In this document: positions 8,787-18,076 of the stretch, piece by piece
How positions within the stretch are numbered: the first letter of the stretch is position 1
How the letters are laid out: each line of letters starts with the position of its first letter
DNA from: an uncultured virus (IMG/VR IMGVR_UViG_3300033153_011590)
Taxonomy: Duplodnaviria > Heunggongvirae > Uroviricota > Caudoviricetes
Direction: 5' to 3' (one strand)
IMG/VR virus record: IMGVR_UViG_3300033153_011590
Location: 1-64,000 of that record
Length of the DNA stretch: 64,000 bases
Translations under genes and position numbers: made by a program
The notes under the pieces: model-generated
What the model was told of the DNA's origin: nothing
Seen by the model: only the letters and a program-made list of their open reading frames with translations
Database searches by the model: none

Positions 8787-9167
8787 ATGGAAGAGCAAGC
8801 AAGAAGTGATGAGATTGTTGTTAAAGAGCAATCTCAAGATGGTATGTTCGTATCAAATCTTGAACGTAGAAACAGTAAAATCAAATCTGATAGGGCGAAA
8901 GCCATTGGTGAAGATGCTGAGATACGTTTCAGAAGAGATGTTGAAGATATCAAGAATGCAATTCGTAAAAAGGAAAGAGCAAGAGAAGATATGCTTGACC
9001 TTTCAGGAGACAATGCATTTAGTACCATGCCCACTGCTTCTGACTTTGATGATGCTGAGTTTTCAAGGGCTTATAGAGCAGTAGGTATAGAACTCCGAAA
9101 CCTTAGAATTGCATTTGAACTTGCCAAAGAAGATTATTCATTCTTATTTGGGAAGGATTTTGCATAA
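8787..9167 (+). CDS. Hypothetical helical protein translationally coupled to the vWA gene
   Basis: 126-aa ORF, TAATG overlap at 9165-9169. Confidence 0.8.
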   Translation: MEEQARSDEIVVKEQSQDGMFVSNLERRNSKIKSDRAKAIGEDAEIRFRRDVEDIKNAIRKKERAREDMLDLSGDNAFSTMPTASDFDDAEFSRAYRAVGIELRNLRIAFELAKEDYSFLFGKDFA

Positions 9168-10042
9168 TGGGTGGGCCAGCCTATTCAGATGAAAGCTATA
9201 CTTCTTTTAGTAGGAGTATAGCTTTTGAATCGAGAGATAGAATTTTCTCTCAACGTGAGATGCATCCAGACATGAATCCTCATGGCTTAAATATCAGAGA
9301 GGCTCGTGATAGTGATGTACATCCTAATTCTGTACCTATTATAGTTGCACTTGATGTAACAGGTAGTATGGGATATATTCCAGAAGACCTCATTAAAAAT
9401 GGACTAAACCATTTGGTTAAGAATATTATTGATGCTGGTATTCCTAGTCCTGCAATCTGTTTTATTGCTGTTGGTGACCATATTTCAGATTATGGCCCAT
9501 TACAAGTAGGTCAATTTGAAAGTGGAGACCAAGAATTAATATTATGGTTGAAGAACACTTGGATTGAAGAAAATGGTGGTGGAGGTTGTACAGAGAGTTA
9601 TCCTTTGGCTTGGCTTTTTGCAAGCAAACACACTGTCACTGACAATTGGGAAAAAAGAGGTAAGAAAGGCTTCTTATTTACCATTGGTGATGAGCAAGCT
9701 CATAAAATTTATAAAGGCGATGCCTTGAAAAAGATTATGGGTTATAGTCAGGGTGAAAATTACACTGATGAAGAATTGCTCAAACTAGCTCAAGAACAGT
9801 GGAATGTTTATCATATCCATGCTAATGATGCTAGTTATCCTGTTGACAGGACAAAGGATTATTGGAAACCTTTATTAGGTGACAATTTTATTGTTGCACA
9901 AGACCATAAAGATATTCCGGCTTTAATGGCGAGTATTATCGTTGCCGGTTTTGACTCAGAAGTGCCTAATCTTGAACATTCTACAGAACCAACAAATGAA
10001 GAAGAAAAAGAAGGGAATAATCCTTCTACTTCTATGTTATAA
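9167..10042 (+). CDS. von Willebrand factor A (vWA) domain protein
   Basis: MIDAS-like ALDVTGSMG, GGGG.ESY and FTIGDE. Confidence 0.85.
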   Translation: MGGPAYSDESYTSFSRSIAFESRDRIFSQREMHPDMNPHGLNIREARDSDVHPNSVPIIVALDVTGSMGYIPEDLIKNGLNHLVKNIIDAGIPSPAICFIAVGDHISDYGPLQVGQFESGDQELILWLKNTWIEENGGGGCTESYPLAWLFASKHTVTDNWEKRGKKGFLFTIGDEQAHKIYKGDALKKIMGYSQGENYTDEELLKLAQEQWNVYHIHANDASYPVDRTKDYWKPLLGDNFIVAQDHKDIPALMASIIVAGFDSEVPNLEHSTEPTNEEEKEGNNPSTSML

Positions 10043-10060
10043 ATAAATGTAAACAAAATG

Positions 10061-10098
10061 AAAAGTAGATAATGGAGCAATCCATTATCTACTTTTTT
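10061..10098 (+). terminator. Intrinsic terminator
   Basis: Perfect 16-bp stem aaaagtagataatgga-GCAA-tccattatctactttt ending in a T6 run. Confidence 0.8.
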
Positions 10099-10115
10099 AA
10101 ATAAATGAAACAGTT

Positions 10116-11285
10116 ATGAAAATAAAAATTATAGTTGGACTTGGCTTCGGAGATGAAGGTAAAGGTAATGTAGTTAATGCAATATCTGATAAAGATTCTC
10201 TTATTGTCAGATTCAATGGAAGCAACCAATCTGGTCATACCGTATATCATAATGGTGTGAAACATATATTTAGTAGTTTTGGAAGTGGTACTATGAAAGG
10301 TGCTATGACTTATTTATCTGAATATCTTACTGTTGACCCTTTATCAGTACAAAATGAATTTGACATATTGATAAAAATGATGGGTACAGATATGTCCCCC
10401 TCTTATATTCATCAAGATACTCAACTTATTACGCCTTTTGACGTAATGTACAATCGTAAAGACAAGAAAAATATCAAGAATGGTACTTGTGGTATTGGTT
10501 TTGGAAGTGCGGTAGACAGACAAGAAAAGGGTTACAATTTGAGAGTAAGAGATATTGACTCACCTCGAATTCTTGATAGAAAGGTAGAAATGATAATGGA
10601 CTATTATCTTGACAACAGACTTTTAGATAAACTTGAAGTTGGTCAGATTATAGCAGAAGTTATTGATAAATGGAAAGAAGCTTGTATTAATCTTACAGCT
10701 ACTTTTGGCGTTGTTGACAATATTCAAGGAGTTCCTAACCTTTACAAGGATGTTATCTTTGAAGGAGGACAGGGAATTATGCTCGATAGAGATTTTGGAT
10801 TTTTTCCACATGTAACTCGTAGTAATACTACAAGTAAGAATGCATGGGAACTAATTCTTGACTTGAAAATGGCAAGTAGAATAGAAACAACTGTTAATAT
10901 AGAAACTTTATATGTTACAAGGGCTTATCAGACAAGACATGGAAATGGGCCAATAACAAATGATAGATTACCATTCTCTATCATAGTACCCAATAAAGAT
11001 GAAACTAATGTTGAACATGAATTTCAAGGAAAATTCCGAGTTTCTAAGTTAGATTTTGATTCTATTCGATACGCTATTGAATGTGATTCAAAATTTTCTG
11101 AAGGTAGTGTAAGAACTCTTGTTGTTACATGCCTAGACCAGATGGAAATTCCTGATGGTAATAATATTCCTGTTACAGTCGGCTTTACAGCTCAAAATCA
11201 GGATATGCCTATTCAAGTTATGATTAAATTATTACGTCTTGATAGATATATTGCATGTGCTGACAAGGAATTAATACTAAAATAA
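10116..11285 (+). CDS. purA: Divergent adenylosuccinate synthetase (PurA)-family protein
   Basis: GDEGKG (Asp13), GHT (His41), GTCGIG, EGGQG, FPHVTRS, YQTRHGNGP; the aspartate-binding loop is divergent. Confidence 0.85.
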   Translation: MKIKIIVGLGFGDEGKGNVVNAISDKDSLIVRFNGSNQSGHTVYHNGVKHIFSSFGSGTMKGAMTYLSEYLTVDPLSVQNEFDILIKMMGTDMSPSYIHQDTQLITPFDVMYNRKDKKNIKNGTCGIGFGSAVDRQEKGYNLRVRDIDSPRILDRKVEMIMDYYLDNRLLDKLEVGQIIAEVIDKWKEACINLTATFGVVDNIQGVPNLYKDVIFEGGQGIMLDRDFGFFPHVTRSNTTSKNAWELILDLKMASRIETTVNIETLYVTRAYQTRHGNGPITNDRLPFSIIVPNKDETNVEHEFQGKFRVSKLDFDSIRYAIECDSKFSEGSVRTLVVTCLDQMEIPDGNNIPVTVGFTAQNQDMPIQVMIKLLRLDRYIACADKELILK

Positions 11286-12434
11286 ATGGAAGAAACTATA
11301 ACAATACATAAAGCAAAGGTAGAAGTTCAAGAAGAAGGACGAGATGCTCTGATTTACAATAATGGTGGTATCATTGCTGTTGCTACAGGTGGTGGTAAAA
11401 GTAAAATGGCAATTGATTTTTGTGCATATACACAAGAAGATATTTCTGCACCATTAAGAATTATGATTGCAGTCCCTACTGAAAAACTCAGAGACGTAGA
11501 ATGGCCTAGAGAGTTTCAAAAGTGGTGGCCTAATATGCCGGAAGCTGTAGTAGTTGAGAGATATTGTTATGCTTCTATAAATAAGTTAAAAGACAAAATT
11601 TATGATATTACAATTCTAGATGAAATTCAGAACATTACACCAAATAATGCTAAATTTTTCGATAATAATAATTATGGTGAAATCGTAGGTTTATCAGCCA
11701 CACCACCAAATGAAATTGAAAAAAAGGAAATTCTTAACAGGCTTCATCTGAAAGTAGTTTATAAATTATCTTTAGATGAAGCTGTAGAAAGAGGAATTGT
11801 TGCACCTTATGAATTGATTTTTGTTGAAATGAATCTTGACAGCAAGAAAAAGTATATTGAGGCTGGCAGTAAGGTTAAAAAATGGATGACAACAGAGAAA
11901 AGACAATATGACTATTTCTCGTCAACTATTAAAAATGCTGAAATGGGCTTTGGAAGAAGAGGTTCTATAAAATATCTTAGACTTAATCGTATGAGATTTG
12001 TTTATAATCTTGATAGTAAGTATAGGGTAGCTGCTCATATGCTAAAACATGTAATACCTAAAGAAGAAAGAACTTTGATTCTTACTGGTAGTATCAAAAT
12101 GGCAGAGGCATTGGAAAAGAATACTTTCCATTCCAAAAGCAATGATATTGCCTTTGATAAGTTTATGGAAGGGGAAATTAACAAACTATCAGCAGTTGAT
12201 AGCCTCAGTGAGGGAGTAAACATCCCTAATCTTGATAATGCTTTAATTGTCCAAGTTAAAACCAAAGAACGTCATCTTATTCAAAAAATAGGAAGGATTA
12301 TTCGATGGAGAGAAGGACATACAGCAAAAATCTATATAATGTACGTAAAAGGAACAGTAGACGAAGAATGGATGAATAAAGCAACAGAAAATATTGATAA
12401 ATCCAGTGTCAATCTTATTAAGTTTACAGTTTAA
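11286..12434 (+). CDS. SF2 DExD/H-box helicase
   Basis: ATGGGKS, DEIQ, SAT, EGVNIP, QKIGRIIR. Confidence 0.9.
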   Translation: MEETITIHKAKVEVQEEGRDALIYNNGGIIAVATGGGKSKMAIDFCAYTQEDISAPLRIMIAVPTEKLRDVEWPREFQKWWPNMPEAVVVERYCYASINKLKDKIYDITILDEIQNITPNNAKFFDNNNYGEIVGLSATPPNEIEKKEILNRLHLKVVYKLSLDEAVERGIVAPYELIFVEMNLDSKKKYIEAGSKVKKWMTTEKRQYDYFSSTIKNAEMGFGRRGSIKYLRLNRMRFVYNLDSKYRVAAHMLKHVIPKEERTLILTGSIKMAEALEKNTFHSKSNDIAFDKFMEGEINKLSAVDSLSEGVNIPNLDNALIVQVKTKERHLIQKIGRIIRWREGHTAKIYIMYVKGTVDEEWMNKATENIDKSSVNLIKFTV

Positions 12435-13001
12435 ATGATTAATCCTAAAATCGTAAAAATCATAGAACAAAAAGGGTTTGAAACTAGTAATATTATAACT
12501 TATTTGTTATCTTTACACTACAATCTAAAACCCGATTACATACCTGAACTGGTCAAAAAACAGACTTATGTTACAGGAATAGTAAACAGAGATTTCAAAC
12601 ATGGTACTATTTTATGGATAGTGCCATTGTTTGACTCTGTATCTACCAATCCTTCACCTACTGTTCAATGGGAGTGGGTGGATAAGGAATATCGAAAGTT
12701 ATTCATTGAAATCAGAAAAGATGCAGGAGGTGATAAACAAGCCTGCATAAATAAAATGAAAAAGTTCTTTAGCGAGAACCCTGAAGTAAGAAAAGACGAT
12801 GTAATACGAGCTACAATGCTCTATTTAGATGGATTCAAAAGCGGAAAAGAAGACCCAAAGTTTTTACAGCAAGCCAACTACTTCATTTTTAAAGGTGTAC
12901 AAGGTGCTGTAAACTATCAATCTAGACTATCTCAATTTTTAGAGTTAGTTGAAGAAGGTCAAAATCCTAAAAGTAACAGACGTATGAAAGGTTTGCAGTA
13001 A
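12435..13001 (+). CDS. Replication-associated protein (possible helicase loader or initiator)
   Basis: TAATG-coupled to the DnaB-like gene; function inferred from position only. Confidence 0.45.
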   Translation: MINPKIVKIIEQKGFETSNIITYLLSLHYNLKPDYIPELVKKQTYVTGIVNRDFKHGTILWIVPLFDSVSTNPSPTVQWEWVDKEYRKLFIEIRKDAGGDKQACINKMKKFFSENPEVRKDDVIRATMLYLDGFKSGKEDPKFLQQANYFIFKGVQGAVNYQSRLSQFLELVEEGQNPKSNRRMKGLQ

Positions 13002-14116
13002 TGAATGACATGCAAAAGTCTTTTCAAGATGGAATTGACGGCAAAAATAAGGGTTTACCTACAGGTATACGCAAGTTTAATAATGCTATATATAACATAC
13101 AAAGAGGTATGATATATGGTATTGCAAGTGGCCCTAAAGTAGGAAAATCAACTTTTGTTGACAGTGCATTTATTATTAATCCTTATATGCACATGCTTGA
13201 AAACAGTGATGTGAAGATTGACTTCTTTTATTGGAGTTTGGAGATGGGTAAGCTTGTTGTAAGATTTAAAGCTGCAGCTCACTTCTTCTTCAGAGATTAC
13301 AATATAGGACAAATAAATCTTCCTGCCGGTAAGACCCATAAGGGTAGTACAATAATTCCAATGCAAGCTTCTTATCTACTTGGTAGAATGCGTTATGATG
13401 ATGATACTCCTATTATAGTTGAACAAGGACATAGGGATATATTTCATAACATCGTAAGAGATAGGATTAATCCTATGTTTGGAGAATATGATGAAAAAGG
13501 TGACAAAATATCAAATGGAGCAATAACGTTAATAGAAGACAAAAATGATAGCAATCCAACAGGTATTTATCAATATCTGTTAAATTATGCCAAAGAAAAC
13601 GGCACATTTCTATATGATGAATATAGAGTAGGAACTGAAACTAGACAACGAATATCGGGTTATATTCCAAATGACCCTGAAAAATATATAATTGTGGTCT
13701 TAGACCACTTAAGAAATATGAAGAGAGAAAGTAACTATACGATGAAACAAAATATGGATAAGATGACTGATTATCAGGTTTGGCTTAGAAATATATGTAA
13801 TTTTACTTTCGTTGACATAATTCACTTAAATCGAAACATTTCCGATACCCAAAGGATAAAGTTCAATAATGAGTTTTTGTATCCTAATAGTAGTGATTTA
13901 AAGGATAGTGGTAACCTCTCTGAGGATGCTGATTTCCTTATTACTTTGTTTAACGCAAACGATGATAGATATAATATTTCAAAGCATTTTGGCTTAGATA
14001 TTGACGATTTTCCTAATTATAGGAGCATTCACTTAGTTGAAAGCAGGCATTCAGATTGTCCTGTACATATTCAAACTAATATGTATGCTGGTGTAAGTAT
14101 CTTCCAAGAAATCTAA
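13001..14116 (+). CDS. dnaB: DnaB-like replicative helicase
   Basis: GLPTG, Walker A GPKVGKST, SLEM, VVLDH, HLNR, DLKDSG..SEDAD. Confidence 0.88.
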   Translation: MNDMQKSFQDGIDGKNKGLPTGIRKFNNAIYNIQRGMIYGIASGPKVGKSTFVDSAFIINPYMHMLENSDVKIDFFYWSLEMGKLVVRFKAAAHFFFRDYNIGQINLPAGKTHKGSTIIPMQASYLLGRMRYDDDTPIIVEQGHRDIFHNIVRDRINPMFGEYDEKGDKISNGAITLIEDKNDSNPTGIYQYLLNYAKENGTFLYDEYRVGTETRQRISGYIPNDPEKYIIVVLDHLRNMKRESNYTMKQNMDKMTDYQVWLRNICNFTFVDIIHLNRNISDTQRIKFNNEFLYPNSSDLKDSGNLSEDADFLITLFNANDDRYNISKHFGLDIDDFPNYRSIHLVESRHSDCPVHIQTNMYAGVSIFQEI

Positions 14117-14139
14117 TCATTAATTTTTAAATTGTAAGT

Positions 14140-14922
14140 ATGTCAAAAATCTTAGTTTTGGGTGCTCAAGGTAGTGGCAAATCCACATCACTTGGAAAAA
14201 TCCCTGAATTGAATATTCAAGGATTAAATCCTGAAGAAACATTCATCATCGCATGTACTAATAAAGGATTGCCCTTTAGCGGATGGATGAATGATTATAT
14301 AAGAGAAAAAGTACAACTCGATAGTAATGGTTTTATTATAAACATTGCTCTTGAAGGTAATTATTATCAAACCAACAATGCTTTTAATGTTGCCAGTCTT
14401 ATTACCCTTATAGGTAATAAAAATGATAAGATTAAAAATATTGTGATTGATGACAGCAATTACCTAATGCAGGATTATTATATGGACAATGCAATGAAAG
14501 GTGGATACGATGTATTCAAAAAAATAGGTTTATTTATGGGAAGAGTGTTCTCAGCTATTGAAGGTTTCAATGCAATGGATAAAAATGTTATTATGCTTGC
14601 TCACTATGAAGAGTACAAATCTAAGAATAGTGATGTAATCAGTTACAGGTATAAGACCGTAGGAAAAATGGTTCAGGATTATATTACTCCTGAAGGAAAA
14701 TTTGAGATAGTATTATTTGCTTCTCAAGAAATGAACGAACAGGATAAAACAATCAATAAATTCTTTGTCACCAATTATGATGGAGAGTTTCCGTCAAAAA
14801 GTCCTGTTGGCATGTTTCCCTCGACCAGAATACCCAATGATTTAGGTTTTGTAGTAGCTACAGTTAATGCCTATAATAAAGGTGAAGAGTTGCCAACAAT
14901 TCCTGAATTACCAGTTCAATAA
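14140..14922 (+). CDS. P-loop ATPase (AAA_24/Sak4-like)
   Basis: GAQGSGKST, VIDDS, LAH, KSP.GMF...IPND. Confidence 0.8.
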   Translation: MSKILVLGAQGSGKSTSLGKIPELNIQGLNPEETFIIACTNKGLPFSGWMNDYIREKVQLDSNGFIINIALEGNYYQTNNAFNVASLITLIGNKNDKIKNIVIDDSNYLMQDYYMDNAMKGGYDVFKKIGLFMGRVFSAIEGFNAMDKNVIMLAHYEEYKSKNSDVISYRYKTVGKMVQDYITPEGKFEIVLFASQEMNEQDKTINKFFVTNYDGEFPSKSPVGMFPSTRIPNDLGFVVATVNAYNKGEELPTIPELPVQ

Positions 14923-14952
14923 AAATCTATAAATTTTTTAAACATTATTATA

Positions 14953-15219
14953 ATGTCAGAACAAAGAACAATTTTAGTATCCGAAGTACTCAGTCTTTTG
15001 GAACAAGGCTTTACAAGGAAAAAAATCGCTGAACATTACAAAATTACTGACCGGGAAGTAAAAGCCCTGTTTGAAACACCAAGTCTTGCAGGAAAGAAAG
15101 CTAAGAAAACTTTTACTCCAAGTTTTGTAGTTCAAGATGATACTGTTGCTGTTGATGGCGAAGCAACTGCTTCTGAACCGGAAGCAAGTACAGACCCAAC
15201 AGCTCGTCCTTTTAACTAG
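14953..15219 (+). CDS. Small HTH-like protein
   Basis: LLEQGFTRKKIAEHYKIT pattern. Confidence 0.55.
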   Translation: MSEQRTILVSEVLSLLEQGFTRKKIAEHYKITDREVKALFETPSLAGKKAKKTFTPSFVVQDDTVAVDGEATASEPEASTDPTARPFN

Positions 15220-15275
15220 GACAATCTTTAAGAAGATAAAAGAAATGACAATTTCTAATATCAAACATATATAAT

Positions 15276-16058
15276 ATGAGTGAACCAGAAGACGGTATCA
15301 ACTATGGATACCAAGATGATGCCAGTAATGCTGGCGGTGGGCTGCAATTCGGATTGAATGCAGGAGTCACTAATATGATAAAATTTGAGTTTAATCCTAA
15401 TGGTGGTGCTGATGGTGCTGCACAGGAGGCTCTTGATGTTGTATTCAACGTCTCAGAACGAGATGTTAGTTATAGGATGTTTCCTGTAACAAAAGCCTTT
15501 GCAGATGGCGGTGAAGAAGTTACTGATATCCGTCATCCTGCAATGAAAAAAGCAATTCAAGAATTCAATGCCGTAGTAGTTCATATACTCAAAGCTTTTG
15601 TTGATGAAGCAGCTATCAAAACTGCTTTAACTGTACCTATTACAAGTTTTCAACAATTTTGTAGTGTAGCAAAAGCTATCTTACCTACTCGTTTCGAAAC
15701 TATTAATCTTGATATTTTCGCTCAATGGCAATGGATAATTACAGGTGATAATGATAAAACTTATCTCAGACTTCCTAAGAATATGAAGCATGGGAAATGG
15801 CTCATTCGTCATGTACAACCTGTAGGTGGACAGTGGAAAGAACTGCGTCTCAACGATACACTGGCGTATGAAGACGGGGAAGGTAACAAACATCCATTTA
15901 CAAGGCAAAAATGGTTTATGACTAATAAATTTGCTACTCAACAGAAAGAAGAAGGAATTCCTGACGCTATGGATTCAACTACACATGCTGCTCCAACACC
16001 TGCAACTCCGGCTATAGATGGTACTGTAAGTCCAAACCCTGAAGCACCTTGGTCGTAA
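15276..16058 (+). CDS. Putative single-stranded DNA-binding protein
   Basis: Sits between the ATPase and primase; low-complexity tail ending PWS; function inferred. Confidence 0.45.
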   Translation: MSEPEDGINYGYQDDASNAGGGLQFGLNAGVTNMIKFEFNPNGGADGAAQEALDVVFNVSERDVSYRMFPVTKAFADGGEEVTDIRHPAMKKAIQEFNAVVVHILKAFVDEAAIKTALTVPITSFQQFCSVAKAILPTRFETINLDIFAQWQWIITGDNDKTYLRLPKNMKHGKWLIRHVQPVGGQWKELRLNDTLAYEDGEGNKHPFTRQKWFMTNKFATQQKEEGIPDAMDSTTHAAPTPATPAIDGTVSPNPEAPWS

Positions 16059-16059
16059 C

Positions 16060-17076
16060 ATGTATGGATATGTCGAAGAACAATCAAATTTAAGCATTGA
16101 AGAAATCCTCTTGAGAATAACTCAAGAGGAAGTCTTCACGCTTATAACGGGAGAAGTACCAGATATTAACTTAAGGTATTTGTCCTTTATAAGGAAAGAT
16201 AATGATGCTAATTGTTTCTTCACATATTATAATGGGAAATTATATTTTGTAGATTTTGGTCATTCCAAAACTCATTTGGATTGTTTTGGTTTGATTATGG
16301 AATATTATAATTGTAATCTTCAAGAATCACTAAGATTCACAAATGAACAGTTCAAATTAGGACTTGTTGGAGATGAACAGCCAGTAGAGATTAAATATAC
16401 TCTACCAGAAACTGTTCCTAAAATAAAACATCACACGGATATTATCTATAAGATACGTTCATTTGACATTAGGGATAAAGATTACTGGACTCAATATGGA
16501 ATTTCAAGAGATAATCTTCTTGAAGATTCTGTAGTTCCTGTTCTATGGTATAAGTTCTTTTCCAATCGAAGAGGAAGAGATATTGCTATCAGACCAATGA
16601 AACCTACTTATGCATTTACTGAATTTTCACCAAAAGTAAAAATCTATTCTCCTTATGCTCCTAAAAACAGTGGTAAGTGGATTGCTAATGTTGGAAAGGA
16701 CGATGTTGGTAATATTGATAATCTGCCATTAACTGCCAGAGTATTGACTATTACCAAGAGTTATAAGGATTGTAGAGTACTTAGAAACCAAGGAATTGTA
16801 TCTTGTTGGCTTCAAAATGAAGGTATGATACCTAATGATGCTATTATATCAAGATTGGCAAACAGATTTGATGAAATTTATATCTTGTTTGACAATGATA
16901 ATACAGGAGTAACAGCTTCTAAGGAAGTTGCTCAGAGAATTAACTCCTCTTATCCTAATGTAGCAAAAATCACAACATTTCCTATTATTGAAGGTGTGAA
17001 AGATGCTTCTGATTTCTATAAATCGGAAGGCAAATATGAATTATTAAAATTTCTTGTACTAAACAATTTGATATGA
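16060..17076 (+). CDS. dnaG: DNA primase (TOPRIM)
   Basis: N-terminal R.D....C...DFG....DC region, ITKSYKD, FDND..G, KDASD. Confidence 0.85.
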   Translation: MYGYVEEQSNLSIEEILLRITQEEVFTLITGEVPDINLRYLSFIRKDNDANCFFTYYNGKLYFVDFGHSKTHLDCFGLIMEYYNCNLQESLRFTNEQFKLGLVGDEQPVEIKYTLPETVPKIKHHTDIIYKIRSFDIRDKDYWTQYGISRDNLLEDSVVPVLWYKFFSNRRGRDIAIRPMKPTYAFTEFSPKVKIYSPYAPKNSGKWIANVGKDDVGNIDNLPLTARVLTITKSYKDCRVLRNQGIVSCWLQNEGMIPNDAIISRLANRFDEIYILFDNDNTGVTASKEVAQRINSSYPNVAKITTFPIIEGVKDASDFYKSEGKYELLKFLVLNNLI

Positions 17077-17732
17077 TAACTGATATACATGAATCTTGGA
17101 AACCGTTGTTCTTTAACGGCATACCACAAAGTTTCTTCCTAGAAATTGATAATATGGATGAAGAAGATTATTTTCCTATGAAGGAAGATATCTTCAGAGT
17201 ATTTCAAATGCCTTTGGAAGAAATTAAAGTAGTAATATTAGGGCAAGACCCTTATATAAAGATAAATCAATCTATAGGATTAGCGTTTGCTGTTCCTAGT
17301 AGAATTATGAAGCCACCTAGTCTCAAGATAATTGAGACAGAGCTTGGTAAGAATATTGATAGAACTATGAAACCTTGGATTGAACAAGGCGTATTTCTTC
17401 TTAATACTGCATTAACAGTTGAAAGAGGAAAATCTGGCAGTCATATTCAATTATGGCAAGAGTTCACAGAAAAGGTAATCAAATTTATTTCCGAAAATAA
17501 TCCTTGTATTTGGATGCTTTGGGGAAAACATGCACAAAGTTACATACAATATATTAGTAATCTTGTATATGAATATCCTAAAGAAGAAGAACTTGAGATG
17601 AACGTAGTGCTAGTATCACCACATCCTGCAGCAGAATGTTATGCAACCAATGCAGGTTTTTACGGATGTAATCACTTCAGCTTGGCGAATAACGCTTTAC
17701 AGCTTAAAAATAAATCACTTATCAATTGGTAA
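17073..17732 (+). CDS. ung: Uracil-DNA glycosylase, family 1
   Basis: ILGQDPY, GLAF, PPSL, LLNTALTV, LWG, HP. Confidence 0.93.
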   Translation: MITDIHESWKPLFFNGIPQSFFLEIDNMDEEDYFPMKEDIFRVFQMPLEEIKVVILGQDPYIKINQSIGLAFAVPSRIMKPPSLKIIETELGKNIDRTMKPWIEQGVFLLNTALTVERGKSGSHIQLWQEFTEKVIKFISENNPCIWMLWGKHAQSYIQYISNLVYEYPKEEELEMNVVLVSPHPAAECYATNAGFYGCNHFSLANNALQLKNKSLINW

Positions 17733-17751
17733 CTATTAAAAACAACATTAA

Positions 17752-17991
17752 ATGAGCTTAAGAAACATTTTAATCTTTTCAACTACTGGTCAAGCAGGTC
17801 AAACAGTTGAAAGTCGTGCCCAAACATGGGGAGAACTTCAAAAGGATTTTGACGAAAAAGGTATCTATTATGAAGGTATGAAAGCTGTTACAAGTCCGGG
17901 TAAGGTAAGTCTTGAATCTCCAGAATCAGAATTACCAGAGGGAAATTTTACCCTCTTCTTGATGCCGAAACAAACCAAGTCAGGCGAATAA
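17752..17991 (+). CDS. Ubiquitin-like (beta-grasp) modifier protein
   Basis: 79 aa; strand-strand-helix(TWGELQ)-strand...LP...final strand FTLFLM, then tail KQTKSG-E; lies directly upstream of E2/JAB/E1. Confidence 0.7.
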   Translation: MSLRNILIFSTTGQAGQTVESRAQTWGELQKDFDEKGIYYEGMKAVTSPGKVSLESPESELPEGNFTLFLMPKQTKSGE

Positions 17992-18030
17992 AAGAAAATG
18001 TTGCATAATTTTTATGTACCATAACTGTGA

Positions 18031-18062
18031 GGTGAGTGGCAGAAATGTCACTCACTTTTTTT
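18031..18062 (+). terminator. Intrinsic terminator after the Ubl gene
   Basis: gtgagtggca-GAAA-tgtcactcac stem followed by T7. Confidence 0.8.
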
Positions 18063-18076
18063 AAAAATAAAATATT

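Noticed and set aside
10116..11285. PurZ / 2-aminoadenine (Z) genome pathway
   Set aside because: The motif is GDEGKG (Asp), not the PurZ-type GS.GKG, and no DatZ or MazZ gene was recognised in the window
5778..17076. Inteins or group I introns in replication genes
   Set aside because: PolB, helicases and primase are uninterrupted and of compact length, with no splice or homing-endonuclease motifs seen
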